A DNA stretch of 63,866 nucleotides, filler included, from Octopus bimaculoides (GCF_001194135.2; 6 parts of 5 records of this genome joined end to end with filler, not necessarily neighbours in it); one strand, 5' to 3'; counted from the whole stretch's first letter, positions 1-11,599 are shown. Notes: a model not told the origin generated them from the sequence alone. Numbers and translations: made by a program.

Positions 1-35
<35 letters not shown>

Positions 36-232
36 TGTACGTGAGTGTGTGTGTGTAATAGATTATATATCTATATAATGTGTATGCGTGTGTGTATGTA
101 TAAACATGTACACATGCATCTACACACACACAGATACACATACATACACATATAGAGAGACAATAATATATCGAATGCATAGACACATGCATACACACAT
201 ATGTGCGTGTGTGTGTATATATGTGTGTATTA

Positions 233-266
<34 letters not shown>

Positions 267-330
267 TGTGTATGTATGTATGTGTGTGTGTGTGTGTGTA
301 TACGAACTTCTTTCGATCGTTTTCTCTCCA
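1..330. repeat. Compound (TA)n/(TG)n/(CA)n microsatellite tract
   Basis: Visible dinucleotide arrays; source of the spurious VCVC/YIYI ORFs. Confidence 0.95.
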
Positions 331-654
331 TTTTTTTATAATCTACTTCTATTTAACTTTATATCGTATTTTTATTTTATTCTTTTCTTTATTTTACTAT
401 AAATATATGTTTCTATATATTTTTTCTTGTATTGGATCGTATAACTTTATATTTAATCCCAGCTTGTTTGTTTTAATTTATTTTGGTAAGAATTCTTTCT
501 CGTCGGAATGTAATAAGGGTAGATTTCAGAAATTCTAGTAGGTTTTTCGCAGCCAGAATTATTCACCTTGTGAATCAAATGTGCTGCCAGAAAGACCACC
601 AAACCAAATAAAAGTCCTGTACTTACCTTCGTTTGGTATTGCTACTGCTGTTTC

Positions 655-727
<73 letters not shown>

Positions 728-751
728 ATTATTATCATTATTATTATTATT
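655..751. repeat. (ATT)n(GTT)n(ATT)n compound microsatellite
   Basis: Directly visible. Confidence 0.95.
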
Positions 752-1105
752 CTTTCAAATTTCTTTCCATTTCTTGCCGAGTGTCTTCCCGACACCTAGG
801 GTAAAGAAACTCACTGTGTAGATTGCTAAGCCATTAAATTAAGCACACCCGATTTTTCACTTTCATATGTGATATGTGATAGAAAAAAAAAGTGGAAAAA
901 ATAAAGAAAAAATTATTTAAAGAATGTAAATAAAGATAAAAAGAAATTGAGAAAAAAAGAAAACAGAAAAAGAAAGGGGTAAAGAAGTTCGCAACGACTA
1001 TGAGCGAATCTTCATATTTTTTGAGCTTGTCAAAATCTTTTGCCGAGATATTATGATCACGAAGAATGCTCGTGTCAATCAATATTATTATTATTATTAT
1101 CATCA

Positions 1106-1164
<59 letters not shown>

Positions 1165-1289
1165 GAGTGAGAGAGCAGTGCATGCCATCAAAGTGACACT
1201 GGGGTAAAATATACGAAGCCCAGTATACCCATCGTGACTACCCGTCTGATAAGGGTACACCAGGCACATGCATCACAACCATATGTACG
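1165..1289 (-). mobile_element. 3' fragment of ~550-nt TAA-associated repeat (family E)
   Basis: gagtgagagagcagtgcatgccatcaaagtgacactggggtaaaatatacgaagccc... matches 28361, 29069 and the reverse complement of 31130-31279; abuts (ATT)n 1081-1164. Confidence 0.85.
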
Positions 1290-1677
1290 GTAGAGGGTAA
1301 GGACACATAATTTTAAAACTTAATTCAAAATTTTTAAACTGACTTATTTATTATTATATATCTATACTTATACATATTTACATATATTTCTACATATAGT
1401 TTTAATATAACAATTATTCTACACATGTATATATCTTTCCGATGAATTTTCTAATATTGATTTCCTGATATTAATAATAATATATTATAAAATATATACA
1501 CGTACATATATATATAAACAATCGTATATATGTGTACGNNNNNNNNNNTATATATGTAAAGAAATATATATACATAGATATACACGCATATGTCATATAT
1601 ATATATATATATGCATTTTATATCTAATATGTGTTTATATATCTTATGCATGTGTGCATGTATGTCTATCTATTTGT

Positions 1678-1829
<152 letters not shown>

Positions 1830-1975
1830 TTGTGTGTGTGTGTGTCGTGTGTCGTGTGTATGTGTGTTTGTTTCAGAATCTCTGTGACCTCAATTCTTGA
1901 AGATAAGTTCCTAATCATAAGTGAACCGAACCCCGAACTCCGAACTCTCTTTAAGTGAATCAACGAATGTTTTAG

Positions 1976-2116
1976 CGTGACCAGATGAAATGGACCGAAG
2001 CTTATTCAAAAGCAGATGGCCTCAGCATCCATTCCATCCCTCCTAATGTTACTTCTATTGAAGCAGGAACATTTTATCAAATGACATGCTCGTCACGTGA
2101 CATTGGTCTATCAAAG
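1976..2116 (+). other. Candidate exon-like segment (unverified)
   Basis: ttttag acceptor, AAG|gtcagt donor, 141 nt open in frame 0: RDQMKWTEAYSKADGLSIHSIPPNVTSIEAGTFYQMTCSSRDIGLSK. No recognisable homology. Confidence 0.2.
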
Positions 2117-3013
2117 GTCAGTATAAAGATGTCTGGCAAATTTTAAAACGCGTTGTTACAGGGTAAGCCATCGCGGAATCTTTTTAATGTGAACTCTATG
2201 TCAAGAACCTCGTTTATGAAGGTATTTTTTTCTCCAGTAGATATTATCCACATGCATTCGTACGAACCGTTTACACGAATTGTCCTGAGGGACGAGGACG
2301 AGGACGAAGTGATTGCCATTTAATTCTAACGAAATAAAGTAATTTAAAATAAATAAATTAGTAAAATAAGAAGTACAACAAAAAAATAAGAAATAAGCAT
2401 TCGTTCTGACCTCACAGTTATGAATGACGATCTCAACGTCTCAGCTTATGCATACTCATTCTCTCACAGCTTCACTCATTCATTTACATTGATGTCTTAC
2501 TCTGTAATTCACTCACTCACTCAATCACTCACGTTTACTCATTCCCATTTACTCATTCATAGACGGTGAGTGTGTGGAAACTTATATATATCTTATGTAT
2601 ANNNNNNNNNNNNNNNNNNNNNNNNNNNNNNNNNNNNNNNNNNNNNNNNNNNNNNNNNNNNNNNNNNNNNNNNNNNNNNNNNNNNNNNNNNNNNNNNNNN
2701 NNNNNNNNNNNNNNNNNNNNNNNNNNNNNNNNNNNNNNNNNNNNNNNNNNNNNNNNNNNNNNNNNNNNNNNNNNNNNNNNNNNNNNNNNNNNNNNNNNNN
2801 NNNNNNNNNNNNNNNNNNNNNNNNNNNNNNNNNNNNNNNNNNNNNNNNNNNNNNNNNNNNNNNNNNNNNNNNNNNNNNNNNNNNNNNNNNNNNNNNNNNN
2901 NNNNNNNNNNNNNNNNNNNNNNNNNNNNNNNNNNNNNNNNNNNNNNNNNNNNNNNNNNNNNNNNNNNNNNNNNNNNNNNNNNNNNNNNNNNNNNNNNNNN
3001 NNNNNNNNNNNNN

Positions 3014-3068
3014 CAAGGCGGTGTTCCAGTATGGCCACAGTCTAATGACTGAAACAAGTAAAAGATTT
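3014..3068 (+). mobile_element. SINE family B 3' end fragment
   Basis: aaggcggtgttccagtatggccacagtctaatgactgaaacaagtaaaaga matches family B tails elsewhere in the window. Confidence 0.7.
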
Positions 3069-4143
3069 AAAAAAAAATAAAGATAAGAATAAAAAATGCC
3101 GAAATCATTTGATGTTTCATTGCTGCTGGATTTGGTTTCGTATTTGATTTGCTTTGACCGAATTCACTTCGTTCTTTTGTGATTTTGTGTAGATTGGACA
3201 AAAGATAGAATACAATATATTCACACTGCAACCGAAGCTGCTCATAACTGTAGGTCGGTGAATGTAATGTAGTCCTTAGCTCGTCTGAAACATGCAATAA
3301 CTTGGAATATTCATATGTGGGTCGTGCTTTGTCGTTCGGTCAATTACCTGGGACTTCTCCATTAGGACTGATCTGGAGATACACAGCATCAACACTACTG
3401 TCTTTCCTGAATAGTTCCAACAAAGACAGGAAACAATAAACATCACAGAAAAATACTAGCAGCGTCCATAGCTTCACTCGCCATTAACATTGTCCCAGAA
3501 TGCACTCCGCCATTAACAACATTAACAACCACAATCGTGATTTAACCGGGTTCACCTTGTCCTTATTTCCTGAAATCACCATTGGAATTACTGGCAACCT
3601 AAAACAGACAGAAGAATAATGAAAAAATAATATGCACCGACTGTTAGATAAAACTCCACATGGTAAACTACTGCATGTCGGAGCTGCACAACAGGCGGCG
3701 TTATGGCTTACGTGACAGAACGATTCTGCTGAACCAGAGCTGACAGGGATCTAAATAAAAATAATATCAATAATAAAAATATATTTCGTTTCCCAGTTGA
3801 CGACTGAGTTGAAATTGTGTTGGGTAGGAAGGAATTTTAATGTCTTCTCTGTAGAATCAAAGATAAACTTTTAGTGTAACAGCGGTAACATTTCCCTACA
3901 AAAGTTTGAAGGAGCTGGCCTCTGGAGATTTCGTAAAGACGCAATGGAGATTATAAGTTAAATTGTTATCAGATCATTTCGCATTCCGAAGAACATGAAC
4001 TCCGATTTAGTAGTTGTTTATTTATTTTCCTTTCTTCACATCAACTAAACCAACTGGTGCATGAAACGTGCGCAGATAGTCGCCAGCCAAACTTCGTTAA
4101 GAAACTGAATGCAGGATTTACTGTATGGTTAAGTTCTCTTCAG

Positions 4144-4227
4144 AAACTCGTGGATCCAAGTTCAATATTAATGGGTGTCCCTTAATTCAAGTGACTTCTA
4201 GTCAAACTTATGATGGATCAGTACCCT
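4144..4227 (+). other. Candidate exon-like segment (unverified)
   Basis: ttctcttcag acceptor, CCT|gtaagt donor, 84 nt open: (E)TRGSKFNINGCPLIQVTSSQTYDGSVP. Confidence 0.2.
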
Positions 4228-4472
4228 GTAAGTATATATTAAAATAAATGGCTGATAATGCAGATTGTGGATATTCATGATCTATTTAATTTTTGTAGTC
4301 TACATAAGTTTCGCGGTCTAGATTACCCCTAAGCACTGTAAATGTTGGTGGTGATGCTTGTACTTTAGCCCTATTTTTTTCTTCGGTAATACAGGTAGAC
4401 AAACGGCATAAAGCTAAACATATTGCTGTATTCAATTTTATCTCATTCGGTTACAACTTCAAATCAAACATG

Positions 4473-4503
<31 letters not shown>

Positions 4504-4530
4504 GTATATACATATCTTTATGTGTGTGTG

Positions 4531-4574
<44 letters not shown>

Positions 4575-5086
4575 TGTGTGTGTTGGAATATGTAAATCGT
4601 TGGTGTTTGGAAGTATCGTGTGTACTACACGCGTTCATCAGCGAGAGGAGAAGCGATAGAAATTATTGAAGAAGCAAATATATTTGAATATGAAACTTAT
4701 TGTTGTATGGCAGGTTCCACTTATCCCATATCAGGAGTTATTGATGATGTAATTACAAGGAAGACTGACTATAAACAAAGCGGGTAATGAATATAAAAAC
4801 ATCCAACCTTCCATAATTTTCACGTGTATATTTAACGTATCGAAACGCATGAGCGATCAAGTTAAATGTTGATATCAAGTAATCCTCGATCGGTAGTGAC
4901 AACCGGAGGTTATTATTATATTGAAAGGGGAAAAAAATGACAATACCCTCTCTGCAATCTTTGTAACGTACCCCTATTGGTTGTTCTAGAAAGATTGAGG
5001 AGAAGACATTCTGAATTAAACGGGACAACCGTTTTATTTGGAAAGAAACGTACGGAGAACAAGCGAAGAGATATAAACTGCCTAGA

Positions 5087-5835
5087 CAGGGGCGGATTAA
5101 GGCTCATAGAGGCCCTAAGCACTTAAAAGATTTTGGTACTCCTATATATATGTAATTCAAAATGTAAAGAATAATAAACCATAAAATAATTTTTTTGTTT
5201 TCAAAATGAAACAAAGCTAAGAGAAAGATGGAAAACAATGGTTATTTTTTGTATATTTTCACTTTATTTATGTTTGAAAAATTTTCTAGTACTTTTTTTC
5301 TTGCAAAGTCTGATCAAATCTTTAAAATTAATCTGACATAACACATCTACTTTGTATGTCTAAATTATCTAACGTGGCCTTGCTAAGACTAGATTAAGAC
5401 CCATAGAGTCCCTAAGCCCTTAAGATATATATAGGTGTCCCCATATATATTGTAATTCAAAATATAAACAATAACGAAGGCAGCGAGCTGGTAGAAACGT
5501 TAGCACGCCGCGCGAAATGCTTAGCGGTATTTCGTCAGCCGTTACGTTCTGAGTTCAAATCCCCCCGAGGTCGACTTTGCCTTTCATCCTTTCGAGGTCG
5601 ATAAATTAAGTAACAGTTACGCACTGGGGTCGATGTAATCGACTTAATCCCTTTGTCTCTCCTTGTTTGTCTCCTCTATGTTTAGCCCCATTGTGGGCAA
5701 TAAAGAAATATGAAACAATAATAAACCATAAAATAAATTTCTATTTTTCAAAATGAAACAAAACTAAGAGCAAGATAGGAAATAATGCTTATTTTTGTAA
5801 ACTTCCATTTTGTTTATATTTGAAACGTTTTCTCC
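5087..5835 (+). repeat. Two diverged tandem copies of a ~290-bp unit starting with an hAT-like end (caggggcggattaagg); second copy split by a SINE
   Basis: 5087-5300 aligns by eye with 5385-5474 plus 5713-5835 (gtaattcaaaat..aataataaaccataaaataa..caaaatgaaacaaa.ctaagag). Confidence 0.65.
5475..5712 (+). mobile_element. tRNA-headed SINE family A, full length, 9-bp TSD
   Basis: A-box-like gagctggtagaaacgttagc, B-box gagttcaaatccc, central gtcgactttgcctttcatcctttcg, tail cccattgtgggcaataaagaaata; TSD aaacaataa at 5466-5474 and 5713-5721. Confidence 0.88.
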
Positions 5836-5997
5836 TGGTTTTCATAATTGCAAAGTCTTTGATTAGATTATCACTATCGCATTATGAACACTTCGAAATT
5901 ATGTTCTGATCATACAAGCCAGTTCGAATATTATTTTAGAAAGTTTAAAATGTAATTATTTTTTATGCCGTAAATAATAATAAAAAAAAAGAATAGC

Positions 5998-6322
5998 CCC
6001 CCTTCGGTCATGAATGACCATGGGATTACACCTAGAAAGTTCCTTTCAGAGGCACAAGTTCGGGAAAAGTTGTTTATGGAGGACAAGCAGTCACCCATGC
6101 ATGCCAGTTTCCCCTCTCCACGCCACCGATGTTACCTAAGGGAAAGGTAAAGACCGATAGAGCTTGGCACCAGTGACGTCACAACTCATTTCTACAGCTG
6201 AGTGAATTGGAGCAACGTGAAATAAAGTCTCTTGTTCAAGAACACAACCCGGTGCGGGAATCGAACTCATTACCTCATGACTGTTAGCCCAACGTTCTAA
6301 CCACAGAGCCATGTACCTTCAC
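5998..6322 (-). mobile_element. tRNA-headed SINE family C
   Basis: Reverse strand starts gtgaaggtacatggctctgtggttagaacgttggg...gagttcgattcccgcacc; homologous to 53362-53682 and to the head of 20545-20780. Confidence 0.8.
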
Positions 6323-7092
6323 TCTTGATACCCAATGCAAGTGCATATTTTGCTTCATGTTTAATTCAGCGCGGCCCCTGGAGTTCGAAACAGTCTCAGT
6401 TGCGTGGATTTATTTCGTTTTTCGATGCATCCCATCTTTCAACGACGAAACTAAGTTATTGTTATTGTGTTATTGGTTTTATCGTATTTTTCACTTTGTT
6501 ATCATTGTTGCGTGATGAGCGAAACCCCGCCCATTTTATTTCTATTGTTTCTTGAATAACCGTTTATATTCCTTTGACACGAGCCAACGTTGACAACGCC
6601 CGGCAAGAGATAACAGTCAAATTTCAATAGAAACAAATCCTGCAGTTTTCATAATAATATGAACAGAAAAGCGAGCGTTTGATAATGCAGTCCGCGAGAA
6701 ACTGCGTAAGGCGGGATGTTGACAAATGGAGCATTTTTGAATCTGTGTGTGCTGGATCGATGTTGAGAACAGGATCAACAGATTCCACAAAAATAACATT
6801 ATCGATTAAGTGGTCACATGGTCTCCTAGAAATAGTAACCTACTCTCTCAAAATTACATCTTGAAAAAATTAAGAACACATGATACAGTTTATATATATA
6901 TATATATCCTATTATAAATTTCTTGTTTCTCTGCCCGTTACGTTTTTATATTCGTTAATTCCTCATAGACCGTTGGTGGCAAGGCCAGAGAAATTCAAAC
7001 CAGCAACTCCTCTAATCCCAGAGAATTTCCTAAGGGGGTCTATTTTTTTAAGGACCGCCTAATTTCTTTCGATTTCTGTCTATTACACACAA

Positions 7093-7190
7093 TGTTTCAG
7101 TCGGCCCCCAAGGTTATGTGCAGTGGCATCGAACCTGGAACCATGATGTTCGGAAGCAAGTTTCTTACCGTACAGCCACGCCTGCGCCAC
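7093..7190 (-). mobile_element. SINE family B 5' (tRNA head) fragment
   Basis: Reverse strand ggcgcaggcgtggctgtacggtaagaaacttgcttcc...ggttcgatgcc, same head as at 14480. Confidence 0.75.
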
Positions 7191-7212
7191 AAATATAGAA
7201 ATGACACAATAT

Positions 7213-7222
7213 AAAAAAAAAA
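7213..7222 (-). terminator. RNA polymerase III terminator (T10) of tRNA-Gly
   Basis: T10 run on the minus strand 13 nt past the tRNA 3' end. Confidence 0.75.
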
Positions 7223-7235
7223 GGAAATTTTAATA

Positions 7236-7306
7236 TGCATCGGCCGGGAATCGAACCCGGGCCGCCCGCGTGGCAGGCGAGCATTCTACCACTGAACCAC
7301 CGATGC
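7236..7306 (-). tRNA. tRNA-Gly-GCC: tRNA-Gly (anticodon GCC), intact, 71 nt, no intron
   Basis: GCATCGGTGGTTCAGTGGTAGAATGCTCGCCTGCCACGCGGGCGGCCCGGGTTCGATTCCCGGCCGATGCA: 7-bp acceptor stem, anticodon loop CTGCCAC, T-loop GTTCGATTC, discriminator A. Confidence 0.97.
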
Positions 7307-7524
7307 TGACATTTATACAAGACAAACAAGTATATACATAAAACAAAATTTAGATTTAACATATTCTGAAAAATATTGTTGCATCTGTTCCTATTAATCA
7401 ATGAGAGCATCTTCAAAGTATTTTGTTATTTCAGCCAAGGAAAAAGGGGCTTATGAATCCCTATACGAAAAAATGTGTCCAATTTCCTTTTTGTTCTATT
7501 CGTGTTAAGGAAAAGGGACACGTT

Positions 7525-7725
7525 TTTGCCTTTGCGTTTGTTCCTACTACCTCTTGACAACCAATGTTGGTTCCCTTCCGTCCTCGTAACATAGTGGTTC
7601 GGCAAAAGCGAATGATAAAATAAGTACCAAATATAACAGATACGTACTGGGGCCGATTTGTTTGACTGAACCCCTTAAGGCGGTGCAGCAGCATGGCCGA
7701 AGTCCAGTGAGTGAAACACAAAAGA
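7525..7725 (+). mobile_element. SINE family B 3' half
   Basis: cttgacaaccaatgttgg...gtggttcggcaaaag...aagtacc...tactggggccgatttgtttgact...ggcggtgcagcagcatggccg. Confidence 0.75.
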
Positions 7726-8742
7726 TACAAGATAGACACATCAGCGTCATCAGTGTTCGAATGTAAGTTAAATTTCGTTTCCAAATTTAATGAGGAACCC
7801 TTTGTAGAGTCCTGAAAATATTATACGATGATATGAAAGTATTTTGAAAGCTTTAAACTTCGAGTATTTCGAAGGTTACATTGGAGGCAGGCAGCTTTTC
7901 CTTGTCGGATGATTTGGCAGCTTCCGCGTCACTCAGCACGAAGACAGGTAACGTTTCATGAACTGACTGTTTTCCTGCTTTGGGAAGGCTTTTTTTNNNN
8001 NNNNNNNNNNNNNNNNNNNNNNNNNNNNNNNNNNNNNNNNNNNNNNNNNNNNNNNNNNNNNNNNNNNNNNNNNNNNNNNNNNNNNNNNNNNNNNNNNNNN
8101 NNNNNNNNNNNNNNNNNNNNNNNNNNNNNNNNNNNNNNNNNNNNNNNNNNNNNNNNNNNNNNNNNNNNNNNNNNNNNNNNNNNNNNNNNNNNNNNNNNNN
8201 NNNNNNNNNNNNNNNNNNNNNNNNNNNNNNNNNNNNNNNNNNNNNNNNNNNNNNNNNNNNNNNNNNNNNNNNNNNNNNNNNNNNNNNNNNNNNNNNNNNN
8301 NNNNNNNNNNNNNNNNNNNNNNNNNNNNNNNNNNNNNNNNNNNNNNNNNNNNNNNNNNNNNNNNNNNNNNNNNNNNNNNNNNNNNNNNNNNNNNNNNNNN
8401 NNNNNNNNNNNNNNNNNNNNNNNNNNNNNNNNNNNNNNNNNNNNNNNNNNNNNNNNNNNNNNNNNNNNNNNNNNNNNNNNNNNNNNNNNNNNNNNNNNNN
8501 NNNNNNNNNNNNNNNNNNNNNNNNNNNNNNNNNNNNNNNNNNNNNNNNNNNNNNNNNNNNNNNNNNNNNNNNNNNNNNNNNNNNNNNNNNNNNNNNNNNN
8601 NNNNNNNNNNNNNNNNNNNNNNNNNNNNNNNNNNNNNNNNNNNNNNNNNNNNNNNNNNNNNNNNNNNNNNNNNNNNNNNNNNNNNNNNNNGTCATGTACT
8701 ATATACTAGAATAAATATATGGATTGGTGATTCCCCCCCCCT

Positions 8743-9190
8743 TCCTGGCAACATATTGTATATAAAGGGTGCAGCTGGCGGAGAATCTGCCTGGGGTTAA
8801 ACTAATAGTATTAACTTTCAACAGCCACTTTGATCTGGCGACTGACTTTACGGTTTAGTATAGTTACTACTCTGATCTCTTCTTGAGGCATTACAACCAG
8901 CTACTTCGCTTGTTGCTTGTTGCAAATCAGTGACCGATGGTCACTTTTGTTTACAATATATTGTTAGTGGTAGTGGACTCTGATTATCGTCTTGGCATGC
9001 AGGTGCTCGCGACTGGAAATGAGCCAAATAGCTCGAAACTGAGCCAGTTTCACGATCCTGTTAGCTGTTATTGAATAGTAGGGGTTCGCCCCACTCCTGC
9101 TAACAATATATTGTATATAAAGGGTACGGAGTGTTGCACCGATAACCAGCCGGCGGAGAATCTACCTAGGGTCACTTTGATGTGGCTCAA
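8743..9190 (+). repeat. Diverged direct repeat, ~350-bp period, with TATA-like core (LTR-like?)
   Basis: tcctg..aaca..tattgtatataaaggg...ggcggagaatct.cct.ggg...cactttgat.tggc at 8743 and 9094. Confidence 0.5.
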
Positions 9191-9643
9191 GTTTACTGTT
9201 TACACACACACACACACACANNNNNNNNNNNNNNNNNNNNNNNNNNNNNNNNNNNNNNNNNNNNNNNNNNNNNNNNNNNNNNNNNNNNNNNNNNNNNNNN
9301 NNNNNNNNNNNNNNNNNNNNNNNNNNNNNNNNNNNNNNNNNNNNNNNNNNNNNNNNNNNNNNNNNNNNNNNNNNNNNNNNNNNNNNNNNNNNNNNNNNNN
9401 NNNNNNNNNNNNNNNNNNNNNNNNNNNNNNNNNNNNNNNNNNNNNNNNNNNNNNNNNNNNNNNNNNNNNNNNNNNNNNNNNNNNNNNNNNNNNNNNNNNN
9501 NNNNNNNNNNNNNNNNNNNNNNNNNNNNNNNNNNNNNNNNNNNNNNNNNNNNNNNNNNNNNNNNNNNNNNNNNNNNNNNNNNNNNNNNNNNNNNNNNNNN
9601 NGCTAACGATTCTGCCAGCTCGCTGCACACACATTTATATATG

Positions 9644-9706
<63 letters not shown>

Positions 9707-9995
9707 GCGCATATATAGATATATATTTAGAAATGTGTATGTATGTTTGTTTGTTTGTGGTTGTGTGCGCACGCTCGTGCATGTATGCGTGTATATAGAG
9801 TGCCAATGTTTTCATTTACAATAGAGGACATCTGGGTACATCGTAATCCCAGAAACCTAGAACTCGAGTCGTGGAGATAATAAGCTTTAATATTTATAGG
9901 GAAGCATGAATTAATCAAAGATTAGAATCCAGCTGTCGTCACACGTGACCTAACGAGATCGCCTGTGTCTTTTTTTTCACATTATATATCACACA

Positions 9996-10038
<43 letters not shown>

Positions 10039-10244
10039 ACGCGAAGAGGATCATATGTGTGTGTGTGTTTGTGCGTGTATGTAAATAAAATAAAATAAAA
10101 TATAGATATATATATATATATATCATATATGTATGTATATATCGTATATTAGACATATATTGATATTTACACACAACCACACAGAGACACGCATATTTAT
10201 ACAGTATATAAATATACATACATACATACATATATATATATACA

Positions 10245-10303
<59 letters not shown>

Positions 10304-10503
10304 TATTGGTATCTAGAAGACCAAAGAGGGCAGGCAAGGCTATGTAAGTGCTACAGGAGGGCCATATTTAGACTCTCGGTTGGATAATATTACGAGTGAG
10401 GAGTTTAATGCGGGTCCTGTGTGAACATGTATATGTTAAGTAAAATGAGACAACAAAGCCAAGGCTGTGTGGAATTTATAGGATATTTATAAAGAGAAAG
10501 TTA

Positions 10504-10551
10504 ATCTTACAGCTGTTTCTGGGATATTAGGGATATCCCTTCATCAGTGAC
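10504..10551 (-). ncRNA. Minimal type I hammerhead ribozyme motif (core intact, stem I mismatched)
   Basis: GUCA-CUGAUGA-A-GGGAUA/UCCCUAA/UAUCCC-A-GAAA-C-AGCU-GUA-AGAU; self-complementary ACAGCUGU in stem III. Confidence 0.65.
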
Positions 10552-10801
10552 GATATAAGAGAGTTAACTAGAGGGAAATAGTAGAGTTCAATATAAGGAG
10601 TTATTTTGGAAAAGGACGGATATAAGAAGTATTAAAGGAAATAAGAAAATAAAAATAAAAATATATGTAGGATATTACAATTGCAGTTCATTATCCAAGG
10701 AAAGTGCTTATTTCCTTATATACGTCATATATCCGTCCTTTTCCCAAATAACTCCTGATAGGAAACTCTACTATTTCCCCTCTAGTTAACTCTCTCATAT
10801 C

Positions 10802-10849
10802 GTCTCTGATGAAGGGATATCCCTAATATCCCAGGAGCAGCTGTAAAAC
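10802..10849 (+). ncRNA. Degenerate hammerhead ribozyme motif (GAAA mutated to GGAG)
   Basis: gtct-ctgatga-agggatatccctaatatccca-ggag-cagctgta-aaac. Confidence 0.5.
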
Positions 10850-10974
10850 TACCTTTCTCTTTATAAATGTCCTATACATTCCACACAGCCTTGGCTTTAT
10901 TGTCTCATTTTATTTAACACACACACACACAAACATATATATACACTCTCATGTATAATACATAATATATGTAA

Positions 10975-11035
<61 letters not shown>

Positions 11036-11089
11036 GTAATAATACGTAATATATGCATGTATGCGTATGTGTGTTTATGTATTTTATCA

Positions 11090-11300
11090 TACTCATATCA
11101 TCTTCCTTCAGCGTCAATGTTCCATGCAGGCATGGGTTCTCACAGGTCGTGCACTCTCTACTTTGGCATAGTTACCGTGGCTGGATGCTCTTCCTGACGC
11201 CAACCACTTTACAGTGTGTACTGAGTATTTTTTCTTTTATCGTGTTCCCAATACTAGTGCGGTCGCCTTGGAGCCTACAAAACTAAGAACCCCTTCGACT
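11090..11300 (-). mobile_element. Repeat fragment with RTE-type 3' tail
   Basis: Reverse strand contains gttggcgtcaggaagagcatccagccacggtaac, resembling RTE-derived tails, and ends near a gatgat tail. Confidence 0.5.
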
Positions 11301-11599
11301 GTGGAGACGAAATTGTGTATGTGATTATGGGGAAAGCATCTTAAAACCCAGAACTTGAAAAATAGTGAGAAAAGAGATGGGTGTTGTATGGGGGGGGGGG
11401 AATAAAGTAGAGGAATGGGAGAATGTGTGGAAGTCGAAGAAAATCGAGCGTTCAGGAATTTATGTGGTTTTCGTCGGTTGAACGTGATGTATCCCAACTG
11501 TGTAATAGGGTTTTTTGAAAAAATTGCATTTCGAATAGCGGCCATGAATAAGAGGATAAGATAAGATATTAGCTATCGATTTCAAAGAAATCAGCTACT

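Larger units (their letters stand above)
10435..10918. mobile_element. Penelope-like pseudo-LTR palindrome (arms 10435-10645 and 10707-10918)
   Basis: Arms are reverse complements over ~210 bp around a ~60-bp spacer; each holds a hammerhead motif. Inverted pLTR arrangements are typical of Penelope-like elements. Confidence 0.75.

Noticed and set aside
3556-3598. PMVISGNK resembling the small-GTPase G4 motif
   Set aside because: NKxD is not completed (NKDK) and no G1 or G3 motifs are nearby.
7853-7996. Protein-like reading KKSLPKAGKQSVHETLPVFVLSDAEAAKSSDKEKLPASNVTFEILEV*
   Set aside because: Truncated by a gap, open on both strands, no recognisable motif; cannot be supported.
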